IMG/VR virus record: IMGVR_UViG_3300032007_000006
Coordinates: 32,001 to 96,000 of that record
From: a virus
Lineage: Duplodnaviria; Heunggongvirae; Uroviricota; Caudoviricetes
Length of the DNA: 64,000 nt
Strand: one strand, 5' to 3'
The notes beneath the pieces were generated by a model. The model made no database searches. It was given only the letters and a program-made list of their open reading frames with translations, and had not been told where the DNA came from. A program made the translations under genes and the position numbers. This document shows positions 56,106-64,000 of this stretch, in pieces (the first letter of the stretch is position 1; each line of letters begins with the position of its first letter).

Positions 56106-58676
56106 ATGCCTAGCGTAACTAAATTTTTAGACTTTCCCGGACTTAGATACTATCATAACAAATTTACCACATTGCTGAATGAATCGCTTCCGCAAGAGTA
56201 TCAGGGAGCAACAGCTTCATCCAGTGGCGTTTCTGGTCTTGTTCCAGCCGCACAGGCCGCAGACAAAGACAAGTATCTTAAAGGCGATGGAACTTGGGGA
56301 ACTGTAGCGGACACCAAGGTCAATGCCGTTCTTGCAGCGACAACCAAGGCATACTTGCTAGGAACGTCAGCCACGCCCACGTCTTCAGCCAAGGCAGTGA
56401 CGGCAATTGCCGACACGGCCGTGTATTTGGATACCACGGCTGGCAGGCTGACTGCAGGTTCCTTTGCTGGCAACGGTGAAAACATTACGTTAGGTACCGC
56501 AAGCGCCGCAGTCGTTACCGATGCCAATAAAAAACTTGTTGCATCCACAACAGTATCGGCAACGGAACTTGGCTACCTTAACGGAGTTACATCATCTATT
56601 CAAACTCAATTGAATGGAAAGGCCGCATCAAGTCATAGCCACGATGCGTCTGACATCAACTCTGGAACGCTCGATACAGCCAGAATACCAAGTCTTGATG
56701 CATCAAAGATTGCATCTGGAACGATAGACATTGCAAGACTTCCTTCTGGAGCCTTGCCGATTCTGAAAGTTGTGGGCAATGAAACTGAAAGGTTTGCCTT
56801 GACTTCAAGTGACGTTCAGGTTGGCGACACCGTTCAGCAGACCGACACTGGATTGATGTACTATGTCAAGGACGTTTCAAAGCTGAATTCAGCCGACGGC
56901 TATGCAGTCTATACAGCAGGTGCGGCAACTTCCGTTCCGTGGTCTGGAGTGACAGACAAGCCAAGCACATACGCTCCTTCGGCGCACAACCAAGCCTCCA
57001 ATACAATCAACGCAATGACTGGCTATTCCAAGCCGTCTTCAACTTCTGCAATCGGAACGTCCGACACGTTGAATACGGCGATAGGAAAGTTGGAGAAAGC
57101 ACTGGACGGAAAGCAGGCGTCTGGATCATATGCGGCTGCCAGCCACAACCATGCATCCAGTGAAGTGACTGCAATGACCAGCTATGCCAAGCCGTCAAGC
57201 ACTTCGGCCATTGCAACGTCAGACACTTTGAATGCGGCAATTGGAAAGCTTGAAAAGGCTCTTGATGAAAAGGCCGCTTCAAGTCACGGAACGCACGTCA
57301 CCTACAGCACGTCCAGTCCTCTTGTTGCAGGAACTGCATCCGCTGGCAGCGCAAATAACGTTTCCAGAGGCGATCACGTCCATCCAGAGCAGACAGTAGT
57401 CAAGCAAACGAAGGGCGTATTCCTTGTCATTCCAGCTCAAACATCTCAAACGGCAACGCTTACAGCAAATGTAGACGGCATTACTGAATACTTCCCAGGC
57501 CTCACGATTGCCTATCGTGCGCCGTTCAATACTACAGCAAACTCCACGCTCAACATCAACGACTTAGGCGCAAAGCCGATATACTACAAGGTCAACACCG
57601 CATCCAAGGACTACTATCCAGCCAACACTCTTGTGCTGCTTGTCTACGAGACCACAACTGCATCTGGCGGCTGCTGGAAAATGGTCTATTCATATGATGG
57701 CAACAATAACAACTATGATCGTCGTCTTCACAACAATGCAGTTAAGGCCGCCGCGGCAGTGACTGCAGGAACGGTCATTGTAGGAACTTCAGCAGGATAC
57801 AAGACTGCTGCATCTGGCGTCACATTCAACATCAGCTACCCAATCTTGTATGCTTCTGAAGCTATTGCTGCAAACGCGACAAATGCAAAAACCTATGAAG
57901 CCATTCCAAGCATCAATCTTCAGACAACGAAGGCTTCTTGGACAGGAACGCAGTATGCCACCGTCTATCTTGTCGGCACACTGTCTGGAACTACGGTAAC
58001 AATCGACTCTTCAATCTTCACCACCACGGTTCCTTCAAGTGCGGACGGCAAGGTGTACATTCCCCTTGGCGTTCTCTACAGCACATATCAGATCTACTTT
58101 GCTCCGACAAGAGACATCTATCAGTACACCAACGGTTCGTTCCATCCTCTGGACACGACAACGGCGGCAACTGGCGGAAGCAACGGCACAATCAAGATAA
58201 ACGGCACGGATGTTGCAGTCAAGGGACTCGGAAGCGCCGCATACACGGCATCTACCGCATATCTGACTCCTTCATCAACTCTTGACGCCACGAAGCTGTC
58301 TGGAACTATTCCATCTGGATGCTACACAACATACACTCATCCAACCACGTCCGGAAACAAGCACATTCCTTCTGGAGGCTCTTCTGGACAGTTCCTCGGA
58401 TGGAGCGCAGATGGTACTGCGGCTTGGGTGAACAATCCCAACTGGACTACACATCTCTATGCAGGAGCGGCAAGCAATGCAACAGCAAACGCCACATCTG
58501 CAACCACCAATGCGGCAACCTACATTGTAGTGTGCGACAATTCAACAGCAAGAAATGCTGTTCAAGTCACTGGCACCAATGGAACAACAGTTTCCGCAGT
58601 CAACGGCAAGTTGACAATCGACTCGCCTGCATTGGCTTCAGTGACAAATGCTCAGATTGACACCCTGTTTGCATAG
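56106..58676 (+). CDS. Long mosaic fibre protein
   Basis: Likely start MPSVTKFLDFPGL; many fibre modules (GLVPAA..KYLKGDGTW, HSHDASDI.SGT, AIGKLEKALD x2, YTHPT..GNKHIP); C-terminal VTNAQIDTLFA. Confidence 0.8.
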   Translation: MPSVTKFLDFPGLRYYHNKFTTLLNESLPQEYQGATASSSGVSGLVPAAQAADKDKYLKGDGTWGTVADTKVNAVLAATTKAYLLGTSATPTSSAKAVTAIADTAVYLDTTAGRLTAGSFAGNGENITLGTASAAVVTDANKKLVASTTVSATELGYLNGVTSSIQTQLNGKAASSHSHDASDINSGTLDTARIPSLDASKIASGTIDIARLPSGALPILKVVGNETERFALTSSDVQVGDTVQQTDTGLMYYVKDVSKLNSADGYAVYTAGAATSVPWSGVTDKPSTYAPSAHNQASNTINAMTGYSKPSSTSAIGTSDTLNTAIGKLEKALDGKQASGSYAAASHNHASSEVTAMTSYAKPSSTSAIATSDTLNAAIGKLEKALDEKAASSHGTHVTYSTSSPLVAGTASAGSANNVSRGDHVHPEQTVVKQTKGVFLVIPAQTSQTATLTANVDGITEYFPGLTIAYRAPFNTTANSTLNINDLGAKPIYYKVNTASKDYYPANTLVLLVYETTTASGGCWKMVYSYDGNNNNYDRRLHNNAVKAAAAVTAGTVIVGTSAGYKTAASGVTFNISYPILYASEAIAANATNAKTYEAIPSINLQTTKASWTGTQYATVYLVGTLSGTTVTIDSSIFTTTVPSSADGKVYIPLGVLYSTYQIYFAPTRDIYQYTNGSFHPLDTTTAATGGSNGTIKINGTDVAVKGLGSAAYTASTAYLTPSSTLDATKLSGTIPSGCYTTYTHPTTSGNKHIPSGGSSGQFLGWSADGTAAWVNNPNWTTHLYAGAASNATANATSATTNAATYIVVCDNSTARNAVQVTGTNGTTVSAVNGKLTIDSPALASVTNAQIDTLFA

Positions 58677-58690
58677 GAGGAATAGCATAA

Positions 58691-59839
58691 ATGGCTACTA
58701 AAACATATGTTGATTTTGATGGACTGCAATACTATGACCAGAAACTGAAAGCAAGTCTTGCACATCCAACGCATTCATACACCGTGGCGCAGAACGCCGC
58801 AAAGAACTGGTATAGAATTGCAAACGCCGCAGGAAGTCAGATAGACACTTCAAAGCCACTGCACGTCCAGTTTCTTGTGACAGCGTGGAACTCTGGCGCA
58901 GACACTGGATACTATCAGCAATGGTTTGTGGACAGTCAAGTCTTTGGACGCAATGCAGGCATCAGAATATTCGGCAACTCTAGTGCGCCATTCTCGCAGA
59001 TCAGGGTTCTCTATGAAAACACAATTGCCGACATAGACGCCAACGACAGGCCTGCAATCGACCTCTATCTCAACTACGTCCTTGCAAATGCCGCAACCAA
59101 TGTCAAGGTTGAAGAGATATACAACTCTGGATGGACTTTCGTTGCGGACGGCGCTCTTGCCGCATCGGCAGTTCCCACAGGCTTCGAGAACGTTGCGGCA
59201 GTGCCACTGAACAGCGGCATCGGCAGGGCAAGCAACTCCACCTATGCAGACTATACGGCGATTCAGAGAAGCAACATTACTGCCAACTGCACCCTTGCAG
59301 ACAACACTACCTACCGCGGCAGGACGCTGAACTGCACGAATGCAATCACAATTACCCTGCCAAGCATCAACAGCGTGTGGTCTTGGTTCATCATCAAGAA
59401 CTTCAACGCCATTGGAAGCGGAAAGAACGTCACCATCCATCCGTCCACTACATCCGTGCTGATAGACGATTCCAATGCCGACATCGTCCTTGCTCCCGGA
59501 GAGTATGTTCTGCTCCACAGCAGGGCGGCAAACTCATATACAAGGCTGATGGACGGCAGAGCCTATCAGGGAGCAACGGCATCTGCGGCAGGCAGGGCAG
59601 GACTCGTTCCTGCGGCTACTACCGCGGAAAGGAGCAAGTATCTTAAAGGAGATGGAACTTGGGCCGAATTGACGCTTCCTTCTGTCTATCAGGGAGCAAC
59701 AGCAAGTGCAAACGGCATTGCTGGTCTTGTTCCTGCTGCTGCGTCTTCAGAAAAGGACAGTTTTTTCACTGGAGATGGAAACTGGACTGAACTGGATACT
59801 GTAACTACTGCACAAATAGACGCAATGTTTGTGGAATAG
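58691..59839 (+). CDS. Fibre protein
   Basis: N-terminal TYVDFDGL; two GATA..GLVPAA..GDG.W modules; C-terminal VTTAQIDAMF; GGAGG RBS. Confidence 0.8.
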   Translation: MATKTYVDFDGLQYYDQKLKASLAHPTHSYTVAQNAAKNWYRIANAAGSQIDTSKPLHVQFLVTAWNSGADTGYYQQWFVDSQVFGRNAGIRIFGNSSAPFSQIRVLYENTIADIDANDRPAIDLYLNYVLANAATNVKVEEIYNSGWTFVADGALAASAVPTGFENVAAVPLNSGIGRASNSTYADYTAIQRSNITANCTLADNTTYRGRTLNCTNAITITLPSINSVWSWFIIKNFNAIGSGKNVTIHPSTTSVLIDDSNADIVLAPGEYVLLHSRAANSYTRLMDGRAYQGATASAAGRAGLVPAATTAERSKYLKGDGTWAELTLPSVYQGATASANGIAGLVPAAASSEKDSFFTGDGNWTELDTVTTAQIDAMFVE

Positions 59840-59848
59840 AGGCTGCCA

Positions 59849-61477
59849 ATGTCCAAAAAAAGATATGTAGATTTGGATGCAATGCAATACTACGAATCAA
59901 AATGGAAGCTGAAGTTTGAGGAACTTGCTATAAACGATGATGAATTGGATGAAATATGCGAAGAAGCCATTAATGGTATACAAGAATGGTCTTTTACAAT
60001 AGACACTAGATTTGTATCCCAAAACAACAAAAAAACTGGAATTCCTTTCAATTTATACAATCAATCCGAATCACTGCGTATAGACTGGGGAGATGGAACA
60101 TCTTCAAGACTAACTGCAGCAGACTATGCTTTAACCAATACATCAGCCTCGCTGCATGAATATGAAAATCCTGGAGAATATACCATTACAGTCAAATGCT
60201 TACACTATAGCAATCTGTATGTTCTTGGAACAGGCAATGATACCCAATATCTGAACGCTTCAGATTTAAGCATAGTTTCTCTCTACTGGTGGAGACATAC
60301 GCTAAAAAGCGTCAACAATGCAATCCCTTTAGTAAAAGGGATGAACAGGTATAGGACCTTTTATAGCAATAGACTGGAAATTTTTTCTGATGATTTGAGC
60401 TATTTGTTTTATCAATGCTATGAATTGTCTTCAGTTCCTCAAGATTTGTTTGAAAAAAATCCCTCAACGAGCATATTTTACAGATGTTTTTCCAAATGTT
60501 CGTCTTTAACAAGCATTCCAGAAAAAATATTTGACAAGAGAACTAATTCTAACTGCACTTTTACTCTCTGCTTTGAAAATTGTACAAGTCTATCTTCTAT
60601 TCCAGAAAAACTTTTCTATGGAATTGAAATTGGAAATTTTAATTCGTGCTTCTCTGGATGCAATTCTTTAGCATCTATTCCGGCTGAACTGTTTAGCAAT
60701 ATAAATGGAACATCATTTGCATCATGCTTTTGCTACTGTAAACAGCTCACGTCAATTCCAGCAAATTTGTTTAATTCCAGTACAAATGCAACCTCATTTA
60801 ATGAATGCTTTTCCTACTGTGAATCATTAACAAGCATTCCAAGCAATATTTTTAAATTCAATACAAATGTTGAAGATTTTAGCTTCTGTTTTTCCTCCTG
60901 CAAACGGCTGCAGTCCCTGCCGGCGAATCTATTCAACAGTCCAAACGCTACAACTTTTAATGGCGTATTTCATGGATGCGAATCATTGACTAGCATTCCT
61001 GGAGACATGTTTGCTGTGGCTGGGGAAAATGGAAGATATTTTGAATATGCTTTTCAGCTTTGCAATTCATTGACTTCAATACCTTACGATCTTTTTTCCG
61101 AAAACTACTATGGAGAAAATTTTGAGGAGTGCTTCTATGGATGTCGATCCATAACAAGCATTCCTAGTGGATTGTTTCCAACATTAGCCCAAAATTTCTC
61201 TGGATGCTTTAATGGATGCACTTCCTTGACTACTGTTCCAAGCGATCTATTTTCCGGCAATTATTCAGTCTATAGTTTGGAATATCTTTTTGATGGGTGT
61301 TCTTCCTTAAGGGACTTTACTCTTTACATAGATTCTTCAAATGTTGATTCTGCGTATGGTTTTGTGCCATACAAGTCGAATGTAGATCGAACAGTCTATG
61401 TACCAGCCAATTCAACAACAGCAGACACATTCAATGACTATGCTGAGGAGTTTGGCATAGCTGTTGTTGAAGTGTAG
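59849..61477 (+). CDS. LRR adhesin-like protein (BspA/TpLRR-like) with a PKD-like DWGDG domain
   Basis: N-terminal RYVDLDAM...INDDELDEI; IDWGDG..HEY..PG.Y; about 12 C.SL.SIP..LF.....F..CF repeats. Confidence 0.85.
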   Translation: MSKKRYVDLDAMQYYESKWKLKFEELAINDDELDEICEEAINGIQEWSFTIDTRFVSQNNKKTGIPFNLYNQSESLRIDWGDGTSSRLTAADYALTNTSASLHEYENPGEYTITVKCLHYSNLYVLGTGNDTQYLNASDLSIVSLYWWRHTLKSVNNAIPLVKGMNRYRTFYSNRLEIFSDDLSYLFYQCYELSSVPQDLFEKNPSTSIFYRCFSKCSSLTSIPEKIFDKRTNSNCTFTLCFENCTSLSSIPEKLFYGIEIGNFNSCFSGCNSLASIPAELFSNINGTSFASCFCYCKQLTSIPANLFNSSTNATSFNECFSYCESLTSIPSNIFKFNTNVEDFSFCFSSCKRLQSLPANLFNSPNATTFNGVFHGCESLTSIPGDMFAVAGENGRYFEYAFQLCNSLTSIPYDLFSENYYGENFEECFYGCRSITSIPSGLFPTLAQNFSGCFNGCTSLTTVPSDLFSGNYSVYSLEYLFDGCSSLRDFTLYIDSSNVDSAYGFVPYKSNVDRTVYVPANSTTADTFNDYAEEFGIAVVEV

Positions 61478-61576
61478 CGTTGATTTAAGTATATTAATAT
61501 CTTAAACACAAAAATGATTTTAATCTAGTTTTAAACTAGCGTTAATCATAAAAAAGATATAAAACGGGAGACATAT

Positions 61577-62554
61577 ATGCCAGTCCAGATAAAATACGGA
61601 AAAATATACATGAAGGATGCCGTTGGAAATCTTGTGCAGATTATTCCAGAAGCGGCAGGCTATTCTGTAGGCTATCAGGGAGCAACGGCTTCTGCGCCTG
61701 GAGTGTCTGGTCTTGTGCCAGCAGCCGAAATAGCTGACAGAAACAAGTATCTCAAGGGTGATGGAACATGGGCCGAATTGACTCTTCCTTCAGACTACGT
61801 TGGTGCAACTTCATCTGCAAATGGAGTTCATGGTCTTGTACCAGCCGCAACCATTGCAGACCGAAACAAGTATTTCAAGGGAGATGGCACCTGGGCTGAA
61901 TTAACGCTTCCTTCTGACTACGTTGGTGCAACTTCATCTGCAAATGGAGTTCATGGTCTTGTACCAGCCGCAACCATTGCAGACCGAAACAAGTATTTCA
62001 AGGGAGATGGCACCTGGGCTGAAATTGCAGACATTGACACAAGCACTCTTCTTCTTGACAACTATCAGAAGGCGGCTTCAGTTTCTGCGGTTTCTTCTTC
62101 CGACAGCGTTCTTCAGGCCATCGGAAAACTGGAAAAGGCCATTGATGGCAAGCAGGATTCGGGATCATATCTAACAGCGTCTTCAACGCTGGATGCCACG
62201 AAACTGTCTGGAACAGCATCAATTAATACAACAGGCAATGCATCTACAGCGACAAAGGCCACGCAGGATGGTTCTGGCAACGTTATTACAGCAACATACG
62301 CAACAAAGGCCGAACTGCCTTCAGACTATATTGGCGCAACCTCATCTGCAAATGGAGTCCATGGCCTTGTTCCTGCGGCGGCAATTGCAGAAAAAGACTG
62401 CTTTTTGTGTGGTGACGGCACTTGGGACGCCATTTCGGGAATGACGAATGCACAGATAGACACGGCAATGGCCAATGTCGGCTATATTGGCAACATTGAT
62501 CCATCTCTGTTGACTTCAATAACTAATTCAGAGATAGATGCACTGTTTGCCTAG
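61577..62554 (+). CDS. Fibre protein with tandem modules
   Basis: N-terminal KIYMKD..G.LVQIIPE; four GAT....G..GLVPAA...GDGTW modules; two C-terminal TN..ID motifs. Confidence 0.8.
   Translation: MPVQIKYGKIYMKDAVGNLVQIIPEAAGYSVGYQGATASAPGVSGLVPAAEIADRNKYLKGDGTWAELTLPSDYVGATSSANGVHGLVPAATIADRNKYFKGDGTWAELTLPSDYVGATSSANGVHGLVPAATIADRNKYFKGDGTWAEIADIDTSTLLLDNYQKAASVSAVSSSDSVLQAIGKLEKAIDGKQDSGSYLTASSTLDATKLSGTASINTTGNASTATKATQDGSGNVITATYATKAELPSDYIGATSSANGVHGLVPAAAIAEKDCFLCGDGTWDAISGMTNAQIDTAMANVGYIGNIDPSLLTSITNSEIDALFA
61793..62023 (+). repeat. Perfect 108-bp direct repeat (period 123 bp) within a fibre gene
   Basis: 61793-61900 is identical to 61916-62023. Confidence 0.85.
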
Positions 62555-62565
62555 GAGGTGGCTGT

Positions 62566-64000
62566 ATGGGCCAAAGATATGCATTTCTGGACTATGACGG
62601 CCTGCAGAGATATGATCAGGACTGGCTGGATGAATTTGAGAGAATGGCATTGCAAAATGAAGAAATAGATAATATTATTGATGATATAGTTTTTCAAAAC
62701 TATGAATTTATTTTTGATATAATACCATTTTATGATCGTGCTGACACAAGTGGTAATGGACAATATAAAACAGCTATTCCATTTAATCTTTATAGACAAC
62801 CAGGAATTGAACTTACTGTAGACTGGGGTGATGGAACAATAGAAACATTAACATCGGAAGATTTTCCTAATGGAAATGCAGATACAGCTATTCATAGGTA
62901 TAACAGCAATACATCATCTGTGTATACAGTTAAAATAACTTGCAATAACTGGAATGATTTATATATATTATCTGAATCTTTTGAAAGATTAAACCAATAT
63001 CTTTATGATAACATTGAAAATATAAGTGCATACTTTTGGAAAAAAAGTTTACGCGAAATTAAAACACCATTACCAAAATTAAAAGGAATCTATCTAGATA
63101 ATAAACAATTTATTAAAAACTCATTTCTATCAATTTTATCTTATAGTAGTGTAGTGTCTGTTCCAGAAGGATTGTTTAGCAATAATCCATTAGCAACTAA
63201 TTTTAGCAATTGCTTTCGTGGTTGCATAAATTTGTCGTCTGTTCCAGAAGGATTGTTTAATGGTAGTTCAGCAGTCGTTGATTTTAGTGAATGTTTTTAC
63301 AATTGCACAAATTTGTCGTCTGTTCCAGAAGGATTGTTTAGCAATAATCCATTAGCAACTAATTTTAGCAATTGCTTTCGTGGTTGCACAAATTTGTCGT
63401 CTGTTCCAGAAGGATTGTTTAGCAATAATCCATTAGCAACTAATTTTAGTGGATGCTTTTATGACGCAAGATTATCATCTATTCCAGAAGGATTGTTTAG
63501 CAATAATCCATTAGCAACTAATTTTAGCAATTGCTTTTATAGCTGTGAATATCTTAGATCCATCCCTGCAAATCTATTCAAATACAATACAGCCGCAACA
63601 GATTTTAGCGGATGTTTTTATTATTGCAATAATGGCGGTCTTCAATCCATTCCAGAAGATTTATTCAAATACAATACAGCCGCAATAGATTTTAGCGGAT
63701 GTTTTCAGTCATGTGGATATCTTAAATCCATCCCTGCAAATCTATTTAGATACAATACAGAAGCAACTAATTTTAAAAAATGTTTTGCATCTTGCTACAG
63801 TAGTAGTCTTAAATCTATCCCAGAAGATTTATTCAAATACAATACAAAAGCTATCAATTTTAGCTATTGTTTTAAAGATTTAAAGTATATAACTTCTATA
63901 CCAACAAATCTATTCAGATACAATACAGAAGCAACAGATTTTAGCGGATGTTTTTATGACTGGGACTCTTCAAGTTTAACATCAATTCCAGAGGATTTAT
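62566..64000 (+). CDS. Second LRR adhesin-like protein (partial, runs off window edge)
   Basis: Not in the ORF track; manual translation MGQRYAFLDYDGLQRYDQDWLDEFERMALQNEEIDNII...VDWGDG...(SVPEGLFSNNPLATNFSNCF)n; GGAGG RBS; no stop seen before 64000. Confidence 0.85.
   Translation, partial: MGQRYAFLDYDGLQRYDQDWLDEFERMALQNEEIDNIIDDIVFQNYEFIFDIIPFYDRADTSGNGQYKTAIPFNLYRQPGIELTVDWGDGTIETLTSEDFPNGNADTAIHRYNSNTSSVYTVKITCNNWNDLYILSESFERLNQYLYDNIENISAYFWKKSLREIKTPLPKLKGIYLDNKQFIKNSFLSILSYSSVVSVPEGLFSNNPLATNFSNCFRGCINLSSVPEGLFNGSSAVVDFSECFYNCTNLSSVPEGLFSNNPLATNFSNCFRGCTNLSSVPEGLFSNNPLATNFSGCFYDARLSSIPEGLFSNNPLATNFSNCFYSCEYLRSIPANLFKYNTAATDFSGCFYYCNNGGLQSIPEDLFKYNTAAIDFSGCFQSCGYLKSIPANLFRYNTEATNFKKCFASCYSSSLKSIPEDLFKYNTKAINFSYCFKDLKYITSIPTNLFRYNTEATDFSGCFYDWDSSSLTSIPEDL
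63157..64000 (+). repeat. About 81-bp tandem LRR-coding repeats
   Basis: Units start at 63157, 63238, 63319, 63400 and 63478; a second framework type (LFKYNT/LFRYNT..A.DFSGCF) follows. Confidence 0.9.

Noticed and set aside
61514-61549. Imperfect AT-rich palindrome upstream of the 61577 gene as a possible recombination site
   Set aside because: Single copy seen, no recombinase nearby, and such palindromes arise easily in AT-rich DNA
61793-62023. Direct repeat pair as a possible DGR template/variable region
   Set aside because: The copies are identical (no adenine-specific differences) and no reverse transcriptase is in the window
63157-63540. Regular repeats with variable intervals resembling a CRISPR array
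   Set aside because: In-frame LRR coding units; no cas genes or leader
1-64000. tRNA/rRNA genes, integrase, homing endonucleases, terminase C-half
   Set aside because: None recognised by eye; tRNAscan, Infernal and HMM searches would be needed to exclude them formally

Overview
This is a 64-kb piece of a large T4-like (Tevenvirinae-related, divergent) myophage genome, carrying most of the virion morphogenesis genes in heavily scrambled order. These include tape measure/hub, gp48, gp53, gp27-like, a two-gene gp5, gp16, gp19 and gp18 (convergent), gp8, a DUF4815-type structural protein, gp52, gp20-23, the N-half of gp17 and a long modular fibre/adhesin cluster. About 19 copies of a gp55-type late promoter (TAAATA) head the structural transcription units, and sigma70-like promoters head small early islands. 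Most notable signals: (1) the large terminase is fractured at Walker A and ends in a short N-terminal split-intein fragment, with its partner outside the window; (2) a SAM-lyase-like protein and five unknown proteins carry T4-type capsid-targeting leaders, suggesting injected anti-defence cargo; (3) the fibre cluster proteins share an N-terminal KYLDxxGL motif and/or an (I/V)xNxxIDxL motif, suggesting plug-and-socket assembly, and two of them carry LRR domains, one with a DNA-identical framework and hypervariable faces; (4) none of 51 called genes ends in TGA (37 TAG, 14 TAA); (5) accessory genes include a solo TnpB, an orphan MazF, a double pseudo-enzyme, and a gene resembling the N-terminus of Desulfovibrio giant adhesins (possible host clue). 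All family assignments come from motif recognition by eye; no searches were run.
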